From positions 29,512,001 to 29,576,000 of the forward strand of contig CM060731.1 of assembly GCA_030704615.1 (NCBI GenBank): DNA of 64,000 bases. The letters run 5' to 3'. Made by a program: the position numbers and the translations under genes. The notes under the pieces are model-generated. The model saw only the letters and a program-made list of their open reading frames with translations, did not search any database and had not been told where the DNA came from. Shown piece by piece: positions 37,861-49,622 of the stretch. This stretch comes from Takakia lepidozioides (lineage: Eukaryota; Plantae; Bryophyta). How positions within the stretch are numbered: position 1 is the first letter of the stretch; each line of letters begins with the position of its first letter.

Positions 37861-38703
37861 ATAAGCTTTTCTTTTATTGTCTCGTAGAACACGTTCCAGT
37901 CCATCACGACAATCATTGTAAGTTTGTAATAAATTTCCTTGAGACTGGGAAAGCTTCTTCATCCCCTTCCCTGCTTGTTGAGCTCCCATGGGCCTTGTGC
38001 TTGGCGCCTCATGGCGTGGTTAAAGTGATTCGTTTTTCAAAAGCTGTCTATAAACTTAGTGTGTGTGGGCAAGATTAGAGTTGGTTAACTTTCTGACCAG
38101 TACTGTTAATTTCTAGCTCTAATGGCAGTTCATCTCTCCACATTGCTATTTGTATACGCATGCAAATGTCTTCCAACCAAGCTTTCTTTTTTCCGCACAG
38201 TCTCTTAAAACTCACATCTTGTGGGTTTTAGTCCTTGGAGAGAACTGTGTGCATTCAGCTGCCAAGGCATGCCAGTTACACTGCAGGTCCTAAAAGTGTA
38301 GAGTTTATGATGAACAAATTGACCCATGAAAAAGAAAAAGTAGTATGGGCCAGAAAACCCAAAACAAGTTCCCATGCACGTAAGTAAGCAAACTGCAGTT
38401 TAACATTCCTTCTCAACAGCAGAGTTCAAAGAATCCCATTCTCTCCTCCCGAGGCGAGGGGGAGAGAGAGAGAGAGCGCTAAGCGGATGAGAGAATACGG
38501 AAGAACATTCCGAACGTGGATGGAAGCCGACTCGTCGATGAAAGCACTGGGTCATTCATTCATCCATCTTCATTCATTCGTCAAGTATTCTCAGTAAGTT
38601 TGCAGTAATTCATCTCACTAAAACAAGACTTTTTATTCTCTCGCAGTGTGAACTAGAATCTGTTGGATCTTCGAGCAGCTCTGCGATACACAAGTCCGTG
38701 GCC

Positions 38704-41700
38704 ATGGTTTCTCTCCGGCATTCTCGTAGTTTGTGTTCTGATAGATATTGCACTTGGAATTGTGTTGCTGTTATGCAGGCCAGAATATAACACAGGATTC
38801 CACAAGTTGTAGATCAATGGAAGAAACCGCCTGCTTCTTCTCTGCCTGCAGGCCCATTTTGAACCAGGCCCATTTTACATATTGTAGATGATGCAATGGA
38901 GGGGTTCTCCTTTCCTTCCCAGAATATATAAAAGTTGAAAAGTAGTTTCCAAGATATGTTCCCTCCTGTGCATTTCAGACTAGACCTCTGACCAGAACAT
39001 CTGACCCTGAGGTTGGAGTTAGAGAGAAAATAAAATGCAGATACAACAGATGCTAGCACTTTTCTGTCGTAACTTAATTGGACACTGTCGAACCTCATCA
39101 ATGTATAAGTGTATATCAATGTGTCCCCTATGCAATCAATACAACAATGTTTACGCATCTTGCTAACATATCACACTGGATTGCAATTGCAGGGCTTGCT
39201 GGCCTTGTTGAGGAGGCTTTACAAATCACAGGCTACTGTTTGTCCTTAACTTCATTTCTCCCTCACATGATTCACCTCAGTATGTGTCTGCATGAGACTT
39301 ATATGTCTTGTAAGGAAGTTTTTAGGAGATTCAGGGACGACCTGTCTAAGGTGGGGCCGCATGGGATGAAGAGATGAAAGCGATCAAGAGAGGCGAATGC
39401 GTTTGTTACGAGAAATTTACTTGCTACTAATGTGTATATCCTCTCTCATCTGCAGGAGGCACGAATACTAGTGCTAGGGTTGGACAATGCAGGGAAGACC
39501 ACTGTTCTTAAAAGCCTGTCAGATGAGGATATAACCACTGTGACGCCTACACAGGTGCATGCATTTCATTTACTTATCTGCCAAGTTCCATCTTTTGCTT
39601 TCTTGCCTTCTGTTGTGGGTGAAAATCATAAGACTACTACATGCGGGAAAAATTTAAACACCGGATACACCTCATGGGTTCGGATTACAGAAGCTACTGT
39701 GAACAGAGCTTCCTTGCTGCTCCCCCGTTCTTTAACCAGTGCAGCCATGGAACCTTCTCTGGCGTGGCATGCAAGGGTGATTAGGATCAATCTTGAATTA
39801 TCGACTGACAATGTTTTTCTTGTTCTATTGTGCACAGTTTCAATCATTTTGCTGTACAATAGTGCAATGGGGCATGCAATCCGGTTTTAAGTAGACAGTG
39901 CGTTGTCCATACTTGAACAATGGACAAATGCCCAAAACCTGAGAGACAAAATTATCTGTTGGGGATCCTTGGTCTTATTAGTAAACCTCCGATATTACCT
40001 GAGGGTCACGAGTCTGGCGTCTGTCAATTTGCAGGGCTTCAACATAAAGTCGTTAGTCCATGACGGTTTCAAACTCAATGTGTGGGACATAGGCGGCAAG
40101 TTTCCAAAGCCTTCTTTAATGTTTTATTCTCGTGTTTTTCAAATTCCAAGAATTCTCAGGTTTGTATTTGTTCAAGGCAGTGGTGTTTGGGATCACAAGG
40201 AGGTCTTCCACAGGGGCTTAGGTACACCCATGGATATAAATGTAAACTTGGTTAGATGAATTGGCTTTGTTCTGTCTAGAGGGCTGGTGCAACTCCCTTT
40301 TTGTGCAATGCTACATCATTTCTTAATGATTAATGTTATCAGTGGAAATAACTAATCTTGAGTTGCATGGTTAGCTGACTAATACTTGCACACTCTTTCT
40401 TGGAGAGCTTCTATATAGTCCTGTCTGGCTCATCCATAATTGAAGGTCTCTCCACAAAATGGAGCTCCAGCAATCAGGGAGAGGTCTTCAAAGGTTTTGC
40501 AGATTACCATTGAGATTTCTATGAGTTGCTAGACCATGGAAAAATTAATGATGTGAATCTCAAGTCCATTGTTTTCAGGCCAACGCGCAATCCGGCCTTA
40601 CTGGCGCAATTATTTTTCACAGACTGACGCTATGGTAGGAACTTCTTCACAATACCATTGAATGCTTTTAGCATACAGATAAATTCCTTTTGATAGCCAG
40701 TGTGACTGGATCAAATCTTGATGGTGTCCCTATTCTTTCCTCTCTTTTGTGTACAAATTAGGAAGGGAGACAGATCCACCAATATATGGACAATGACAAA
40801 TCATAATCTCAAACATCAACAAGCTTGGTTTCAGTTGCAGAAGTGACTCGGATATGTGGTGCAGGTTTATGTCATTGATTGTGCTGATAGGCGCCGCCTT
40901 GAAGAAACTGGTATTACCACCACCAACTCTTTTCCGCCACTGAAAAGCTGCACAAGTTCACAACTCCTCCTTTCTTCTAATCAACACTTGAACTTTATGC
41001 AAGGGTTGAGATCATCCATACAAACTTTAAGAACCACAACATGAACCTCTCAATGCATATAGATATGCTGGCTGAGGGAGAAGAAACAAAGAAGGAATAC
41101 GACAAGAAGAAGAGCACAGACATATCTGGGACATTGCACACAAGCTTCACTAGAGAGCCTGGCATCTTTTAGCCCTACCATTTAGACTATGCAAAACATA
41201 ACAACTTGGAGCTTGACAACCATGCCAAGTCAGGTTGTACACATCGCCCGACTTTCATCTAAAATGATCAGCTCGTTCCTCTGATGATCACAAGGATTTC
41301 CAGTCAAACAACTCAATAGTTCAAAGATCATGGGGTCCAACACCCACATGTGTGAGTAAGATAGAAAAAGGTGGGGAGGAGACCTAACATAGTTCCCAAG
41401 GAGATGTAGGAAGCATCCATGCCATCAGCAGTTGCTTTAGGAGTCGTTTGCCATCGTCCTTCCATTGTCTGACTTGTAAGTGTATCACCAAATTAATGAA
41501 CAGCTCCTTATCTTCATCTTGGAAGGGGGGAGAGTGGCACAAGACAACAGATCAGTACTTTCTTTTTCCTGAGAAAATAAGATGGGGTACTTGGGAGGGA
41601 AGGTGATGAACTCAGCCAATTGCTGGAGGAAGAGAAGATGGCAAATGTTCCACTCCTGGTTTTGGCCAACAAACAAGATCTCACTCATGCACTCCCTGCT

Positions 41701-42662
41701 GATGAGGTGTAGTTCCCAAGCTCTACAAGAGACTTTTAGGATCATAATTTCATTTCTTATCCTGCACATATTGCTTTATAAGAGAACTCTCTTGCACACA
41801 CCAGCTGTTCATCATGGATCCATCACTTAATCTCGTCAGACTGGAACCCTCAAGCAAGTTGTACATATAGATATGCTTTCAAAACATTACTTGGCCAATT
41901 TCTCCCAGGACATCCTCATTTCTCACCAATGCTGAGTGTCCACACTCGGGAAGGTATAGGAGGGTTAATTCGGATGTAGTGCCTCTCACGATTCTCTGAT
42001 GCTCAACAAATGTCACTGCATCGAGATCGGCATATTGTGGCCACTAACCTGAGTGAGTGATTATGAAATTCAAATTATTCGTAGAATCTGAAAGCTACAC
42101 TACAACCTTTTGTTAAGCTTCCCTCAGGAAAAACTTCCCTTGGTTCCAAGGGCTAGGTCATTGGCATGCTCAATTGGTGGTGTGGGTCTTGAACACAGTT
42201 CTCAATTCCAGGGGCCGTCCTGCCATACAAGGTCAGTAACTAGAGAATCTACTCGCGAGTAGCCATGGTCAGTACCTACTTGTAATCCATCAATATTGGA
42301 AGATGAAACCATGCCTCACAGTTTTCACATAACTAAGCTTACGTGGATCAGGTGGCCCTTGGATTGAACCTTGTTTCAATCCGGGATCGTGCTTGGCAAA
42401 TTCAAGGCTGCTCTGGTAACTCTCTTACTTTTTGTCAAGGTTCAAGGAATGAATATTTGAGTAGCTATACATCAACAAGAAAACAGTAGTTGACGCTCAG
42501 AGGCAATCTGTTTTCAACATATTGACATAGCAGGAGTGACATGAGTCGGTGTATTGGAATGAATAAGGCCATGGGGGTGGGGCGCCGCTATTGTGTGCAG
42601 CCAAGACAGGGGAAGGATTGCAAGACGGGATGGAATGGATAGTGAAGCAAGTGAAGCACTAA
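38704..42662 (+). CDS. ARL3: ADP-ribosylation factor-like GTPase 3 (ciliary), multi-exon
   Basis: Assembled protein: [130 protein letters not shown]..[41 protein letters not shown]. Confidence 0.9.
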
Positions 42663-43202
42663 ACAGACCATACTACTGTATGAACGTGGGATAGTGCCCA
42701 TTTCACCTCTCAAACATTCACAGAACTGGTCCTTCTACTATCGTTGGGACTCCTTGCCCTCAACCTCCCTGTACTAGTATGTTGACAAAGCTAGCTAGAT
42801 TTTGATCTACAGACAGAAGACTGGCAGATTGACAAATAAGTGTAAGGCGCAATCAATTCAAGTGGCACTTTGACAAGCTCAAACAGGTAAAATGATGCGG
42901 TAGGTGTAGCCCACCAAATCATCTCGGTGTGAGATCACCTTTCGAGCAAGGTTGGAGTACTCTAGGTTTTAGAGAAGTTCAACCCGACAATGTATCAAAG
43001 TCAGTGACCCCCCCATGTGACAGCAAAGACCTCTATTGGAAAGGTTAAGCCTGCATGCCCTTGTACACATCGGAGGCCATACTACTTGCATGGGCCCGCA
43101 TCCTTGAAAGGTGCGCTTAGTATCTACTCCAGTGCGCTTGATCTAGTACCTACATTAGAGTCAGCAAAGCGGTCACCACACTCTGATGCACAAAGATGAA
43201 CG

Positions 43203-44001
43203 TCACAAGATCAGTGGAAAGCCAGCAGGCCCTGGTCTGCCCTGCTTTCCAGCTTTTTGAGGTTTGTGCTTGTTCCACTCCAACGACATCCAGATTATTG
43301 ACCCACCTGCGTGCATTCAGCAACGGCAAGTTCACAGCCCGAATCAGCATTACACTCCCAAAAGGCATGTGTGGACACGGTGTCTAGGGTTACCGAAGAT
43401 AGCTAACATGCAGGAGCCATCCCCGTGCTGCAGTTCCCGAATGCTATCATTTCAAGCTGAAGGTTCTAACCCAAATGTAACTGCAAACTGTTACCCTTGT
43501 GGACATAAATACTTGGTCTCAAGGAAGGGGTGAGGGAGGTAAATAGGAGATAAATGCAAACCTGCAAAAATGAACAAACTCAGAACGTTTTTGACCGCCA
43601 TTGTACCATAGACGAAACACTCGATTAGAAAGTAGCCCAGCGCATACACAAACGAGAGGAAGGTGGCTTGGTAGAGGGCACGATTCTGAAGGTTGAACGC
43701 ACACAGGACACACAGTGTACACGTAAGCAGCGTCCACACTCCAAATGTCCGACCATGCACATCTGCCACTGGTTTTCCCAAACAAAACGTGGTCAGAGAT
43801 ACAACATTATAAACATGTCGCACCCGTAATGACATACACACACAGGCAGAAGGAGAGGAGACAGGCAACACCACGGTACTTACTGGTTTCAAGCTTAGAA
43901 AACACAGCCATACGCAGTGCCCACACATCGAAAAACCCGAACCAGACCGCCGACAAACGCAAGAACCCGACCAGCAGCAACCATATGCTCAAATTCTCCA
44001 T
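43203..44001 (-). CDS. ERG28: Ergosterol/sterol biosynthesis scaffold protein 28, 3 exons
   Basis: MENLSIWLLLVGFLRLSAVWFGFFDVWALRMAVFS..DVHGRTFGVWTLLTCTLCVLCAFNL..LYQATFLSFVYALGYFLIE..FAGGSIIWMSLEW. Confidence 0.92.
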
Positions 44002-44279
44002 TGCCTCTCTCTCCCTCCCCCTCTCCCTCCCTTGCAAGCATCCCAACTGACAACACACTTGTAATAGTGTATGGGCTCCATTGTCTGCCTTCTGCCTCCA
44101 CTGCTCTGCTCATGCCTCATTGCTACTCCCATGCCCATTTGCATTCATGGGTCCCCCATCTTATGTAGCACTGCCATGCTCCTACCGGGATGAGTCCATG
44201 GCTTGATGCCACCATGCATGTTTTTTATTTGTTTATTTTTATTTTAAGGAAATGGGAGGGAGGCCCTTTTAAATGCATA

Positions 44280-44945
44280 CTAGGGTAACCTGTGCCGTTG
44301 GCCCAAGTGTCCAGTGTCATCTAAGCCCAAGTGCAATCTTCTATATATCCAAGTGCCTCTCCTATGTGGAGGTCCAAGTGCGAGGAGGTCCGTGTCGTTT
44401 GCCCAAGTGTCATCTAAGCCCAAGTGCAATCTCCTATGTATCCAACTTGTACGTCTCCTTGTCGAGGCCCATTTATTTTTTTCCATGAATTTATTGAGTA
44501 GTAATATATCCAATCATTAGTGATATATCTCTTATCGAGGCTCCAATCATTGTCCCAGGAAAGCCCACGTTGCTATTTTCACGAATTTCCAGCAACCAAA
44601 AGTACTTGAAATTCCACATCTCCCACACCGTAGGTCCAAAAATCTTGAGACCAAGCCGGTGCACCCTTCCTCATTGAGGGCTTTCCAACGGTACCAAGCA
44701 CCAGCGCTAGGCCCTTGTAGCTCGGGACATATCAACGTGACAAAACAAAACAAAACAAACAAACAAATTGGCTTCCTTCATATCAATACTAGGGTAGCTT
44801 GTGTCGTTGGCCCAAGTGTCCCAAATGTCATCTAAGTCCAAGTGCAATCCCAAGTGCGTCTCCTATGTCGAGGTCCAAATGTGACGTCTAGGGTAGTTTG
44901 TGCCGTTGGCCCAAGCGTCCAGTGTCATCTAAGTCCAAGTGCATC
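44280..44945 (-). mobile_element. Cluster of Helitron-like 3' termini / short repeats
   Basis: Three copies of CTAGggta(a/g)..gtg(c/t)cgttggcccaagtgtcc..gtcatctaag at 44280, 44789 and 44888, plus a partial copy at ~44391. On the minus strand each reads as a hairpin followed by CTAG. Confidence 0.5.
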
Positions 44946-45719
44946 AATATATGATTGTAGTGAGCATTGTTTTTCACAGAGATTGCAGATTGCTCATATA
45001 TTTGTGCTTATCAAGGAGATTGATGTTCTATTATATGTGGTGGTTCTGAAGATTACAAGCATGGCTTCTGGTGGATCATCTAGAGGATCATCTAAACAGG
45101 TTCTCTATGATTTTATGAATCTACCTTGTTTGCTTAGATGTTAGGTTAAACTTACTCTATTTTTTAACTTTGCCAACATGGAAATACACGTCGCCTTCAA
45201 CGCAAATGCCCGATAGAAACGTCTACGACTAATAGACCGTCCGTCCGTCACGTCCATTAGGCAACAAAATATGTCCCCGTCCGTCTATGTAGACAACCCT
45301 GATAAAGACCTTAAATTGGTGCATTGGTACAAATGTCCATTGTTACAATAAGCAAAATCCAAGAAATAAGAGGTTGGGAACTAAGTTGTTGATCCAACCT
45401 TTTTCAATGCAGTTTACTACGACGTGACAAATTTACCATAGGGTCGCAATTTGATGCAGTGGGAAAGCTTCCTAGGGATGGTGGTGAAGGTTCAATTAAA
45501 CAGTGTACAATTGTCAATCTAATTGAGGAGAAGAGGATACATGGTAATTTCGGTAATTGGTGGGCAGATTGGAACCCAAGATGTTTTTCAAGAGAAGCGG
45601 ACTCAAGACTCTTCTTGGAAAGCAAGGTTGAGAAGTCTCATCTTGTCACTTTGAAGGAGGAGATAGAATTGATGCGGAGGTAGATTGGAGAGTTGCAGGC
45701 TTATTGTGTCTCATCAAAG

Positions 45720-45882
45720 ACAACCAACATGTAGCCCAGTGGTAATGGGCACATACCACGTTGGATGTGGTTGTGGGTTCAAACCACGGTCTGGTGTGTC
45801 ATGAAGGTGTCCACCTTTCAGCTAGAAGGCAGTAGCCCTTGTGGTGAAGTGACACCATAAGTTACGCTCCCTTCGGGAGGCG

Positions 45883-45920
<38 letters not shown>
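45720..45920 (+). mobile_element. tRNA-derived SINE
   Basis: A box TAGCCCAGTGG, B box GGTTCAAACC and a (TA)n tail. 12-bp TSD GTCTCATCAAAG at 45708-45719 and 45921-45932. Confidence 0.88.
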
Positions 45921-46614
45921 GTCTCATCAAAGTGATGTGAGCCATGCCCAAGATGTAGCTATCGACAGACTCAATATTTACTGTCAACGTGGAGAGGGTG
46001 TCACTATTAGTACTTTTATTAGAGCCCCCATCGAGGCCTCAATGAAGGACACAAAGGAATAGGTACATGTTGTAAATAGGTACAATTCACCAATGAATCT
46101 CATAGGGAAGAGTCGGCGGGTACTTTCAAAGAGTGTGTTCCGACCGGCTCCTCTTGGAAGAACAGGTCCACATAGGACAAATATTTTAACAGGTCCACGT
46201 AGGACAAATCTGGCTCCTGGTATTTAACCTTTGGCGCTTTCTGGGAATTTTCTTGATATTTATTCCCATTATTCCTTAGTAAAAGTAGCTGACCCATTTT
46301 CCAGGTCGAAATCTGGCGATTTTTTTCCAGGTAAAAAAAAACTGGACTGCACCAATACGATAAACTATTTGGTCTATCTATACATTTATAAACATTCAAT
46401 ACACTCCAAATAATCACTTGTTAACCAAAACACAGATATCCCTCATTCCGGAAATAATGGACACTATCTCCCACATATTATATTTTAATATTAAAATGAT
46501 ATAGCTTTGTAGCTATGGCGGATATTACAGATTATATGCTCACTTTACTTCTTACGCAGTGGCACAAGGACGGACGGGTTGAGAGTACATTCTCTTTCAC
46601 GTACTTTAGGGGGG

Positions 46615-46795
46615 GTTACACAGCCCGTCACAGTCTGACACAGCCCGTCACAGCCGACACAGCCCGTCACAGTCCGACACAGCCGACACAGCCGCCACAG
46701 CCAGTCACAGTTCGACACAGCCCGACACAGCCCAACACAATCGCACAGCCAGTCACAGTTTCACACAGCCAGTCACAACTTGACACAGCTGTCAC
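46615..46795. repeat. 10-bp minisatellite (CACAGCCCGA/CACAGCCCGT)
   Basis: Roughly 17 degenerate copies. A related motif recurs at ~47440-47460. Confidence 0.85.
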
Positions 46796-47949
46796 GACCA
46801 TAGGGAACGGATAGCAGGACATGGAACGACTGTGGGGAACAACATCTGCGAATGGAACATGTTAGTTCACGGATGACGGTTAGTGAGGGAAACGGTTAGA
46901 ACCACGGAAAGGAAGATAAAGCGAGGAGCGGGGACTGGAGGAGGATCACTTCGGGGGAAATCAGAACTTGGAAATGAAGCGGAGAGCGCATCTCTGAGCA
47001 GAAAGAGGGAGAGCACGGAGTAGGAGGAGAACGATCTGTTGATACTTACTGAATGCAAGAAGTAGAGTTGTAATGTAGAGCAGAATAGAGATACCATGGC
47101 TTCAGCCTGATACTTGATAGATATTAATCTGATACATACTTCATACTCACACTGTGTAGAGAGATCTGAGTGAAGCTGTGGAATGAATGGATGAGTTGAT
47201 GGAATCCGATAGATTGCTGAAGCAAACTGATACTTAAATACCAATAGTAAGGTAACTAGCTAACATGAATGCGGGAAGGAAAACAAATAGGAAACACCCC
47301 TATGATACACTAGCTGTAGGTCATGACTGATTGTTCTGAGCGGGCTGAGTGCTTAGAGATTTCCAACTCTTCTATCTTGGAGTTCCCGCCTCGGATAGCG
47401 AAGGGATGGATGAGTAAAAGCCGCGCGATAAGGGCACAACCCATCACAGCCCCTCACAGCCCCATCCATGGCCACTCATGGCAGTTTAGCCATTTCTCCA
47501 AGGGGTTTAGCCACGCCAAGCTAGGGTTTGTGTCTCTTGGACTCTAGGCTTCTTTGCACCGAGCTATGGCGGCTGCGAGGAAATCAACAAGGTATTCTTG
47601 TTTTTTATGGACCCCACATACCACCAATAGTAGCTCTAATTCCAAAGGAAGATGTTTGCAACCGAAACTAAGTGCACAAGCTTCTTTTTAACTCACAAAA
47701 CAGCGCCATTGATCCCTATGGCGGCTAACCAAACATGGCTGACTTCCAGCCCTTGTAGGCACTCATTCACGTGCTTTTCTTGACCATAGCATGCCCTTCG
47801 CACCTAATCTAGCCCCTGCACCTGCTGCTTCAAGAGTTGTGCTCCCTTCAAGCTTGAAGTTGAAACCCCAACTCACATATGCCCTACAAGTGCTTTTATT
47901 TCACCCCAAGTGGAAACCAGCCCTAGCCCTTCCGTTCTAGCTCTCTAAA

Positions 47950-48330
47950 GCTTGAAAACAAGAGCCTCAATGGGCTGAAGGCATGCTCCACACATGCCCC
48001 ACTCTCACCATAAGAGAATCAGCTCCTTCGCTTCATTTCTTGCACCCACAAACCTGGAAATACAAGCTTCAGCGGGCTGAAAGCATGCTCCACACATGCC
48101 CTACAGGGAAACCAGCCCCTTCCTTCCTTTCTTGCACTCCTAAACCTAAAAATACAAGCCTTCAACAGGCTGAAAACATGCTCCACACATGCATTGCCCT
48201 CACATAAGGGAAGTCAGCCCTTCCATCTTCCTTGCTTGCCCTCCAAGCTTGAAGATGGAAGCTTCAATGAGCTGAATACATGCTCCACACATGCAACCCC
48301 TACACACAAGAGGTATCAGCCCCCTATCTT
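47950..48330. repeat. Degenerate ~100-bp tandem repeat (4 copies)
   Basis: gctgaa..catgctccacacatgc at ~47974, 48076, 48169 and 48271. Confidence 0.75.
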
Positions 48331-48783
48331 GGCTCCTTGGCTCCTTGATGCTCTCTAAGACAAGACTAAGCACTCCACAGCCTTTGCCAAGCTCCTGAAA
48401 CCCTAAGGCTTACATATCAGCCACAATACACTCCTCTTGTGGTGCAAAAGCTCTTCTTCCAAGCTCTGAAACCCTAGGTGCACATTCCATGGCCTTGCCG
48501 CACCTCTTAGTTCATGTTCTAGCCCTGCTCTTGCCATGACAAGAGCCCTCTCAATGCTGAAGCTCGAGATTGAAACCCAATCTCAACATATTCCACAAAG
48601 TGCACTGATTTGCTCCAAGCCAAATCAGCCCTTTCGCTTGGTCTTGCAATCTGGCACTTCACCCTCCCTGTCATCAGCCGCCCTAATGTTTGCTGTCACT
48701 TGCATCTGCCAACGCTTCTCCAAAATGAAGATTTCGCATTCTAAATTCTTCATTGTCGCAGCACCCCAATCTACATTAATCCC

Positions 48784-49602
48784 TAATCTTAAGAGTTCAT
48801 CAAGGCCTGACAGTTCTGCTCGCTCCTGGCAGCCCCCTTACCATCTTGTCAGACAACTCTTGTTTCTCCCCTCATAACCGCTATCTTACCCTAAGATGAG
48901 ATCTACAACTTTGACAACGAGCTACTGTGGCCATAGCCCTTATGCATATCTACAGTCGTTCCCCCCACAACTCTCCTCATCTCTCAGCAGGCCTAGATCT
49001 ATATCCCTTCAAGGCAGCGACGGCACTGCCCTTCCTTTCTGTCAACAACACATAGTGTCAAAGTGCTCATTCCATCGTAGGCCTATCCTCCAGCGATCCC
49101 CACTCCTTAAAGGAGCTAAATGATGATGGCACCGCCTCCCTTCACCTGGCACGAGCACATTTCACCATGTTGTTTCCTTGTAGGCTTATCCTCCAGCAAG
49201 CTCGACGTCAAGAATTCATCAAGACATAAGCGGCATCGCTTCTCCTTCTGGATGGTGCACAGATTACCACGCTGCCCTTTCGTTTCCCCATTACTGCTCA
49301 TCAGGCTTCAAGGTAAATCCAGCCAGCATAACAGGGTTAGTCACCCTTGACAAAACAGCTCTGCTAATCCATTGCAGCACCTGCGCATCTTCCCGCAATC
49401 CTTTCCCTCGTCATCTTCCCCGTGAATCTAGGGCAACATCATATGAATGACATCCCCTTAACGAATGAAAAATACAAGGGGTTCACATCCTTCAAACATA
49501 AATGACTTAGGAAAATTCAACTCTAGGCCTCAGATTTCTTCCCTGCATATCCATAAAATTCAGTGTGAGTGGAAAACACACCCCCACTGGTTTCACACTA
49601 CA
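48784..49602 (-). mobile_element. 3' LTR of Ty3/gypsy element 3, truncated by ~50 bp
   Basis: Near-identical inverted copy of 59407-60223. Starts TGTAGTGTGAAACC right after the IN stop. Confidence 0.92.
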
Positions 49603-49622
49603 TATGTAGTGTGTCTCCATTT

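Noticed and set aside
41930-43150. Possible additional SINE/MITE relics in an ARL3 intron and the ARL3-ERG28 intergenic region (similar hints at ~27800 and ~29090)
   Set aside because: No convincing A/B boxes, TIRs or TSDs could be established by eye.
45720-45800. tRNA gene
   Set aside because: There is no proper cloverleaf. The TSD and tail identify it as a SINE.
48690-48783. VTCICQRFSK as the integrase zinc-finger half matching the fragment at 59058-59406
   Set aside because: Similarity is too weak and the LTR end is truncated, so no TSD can test it.
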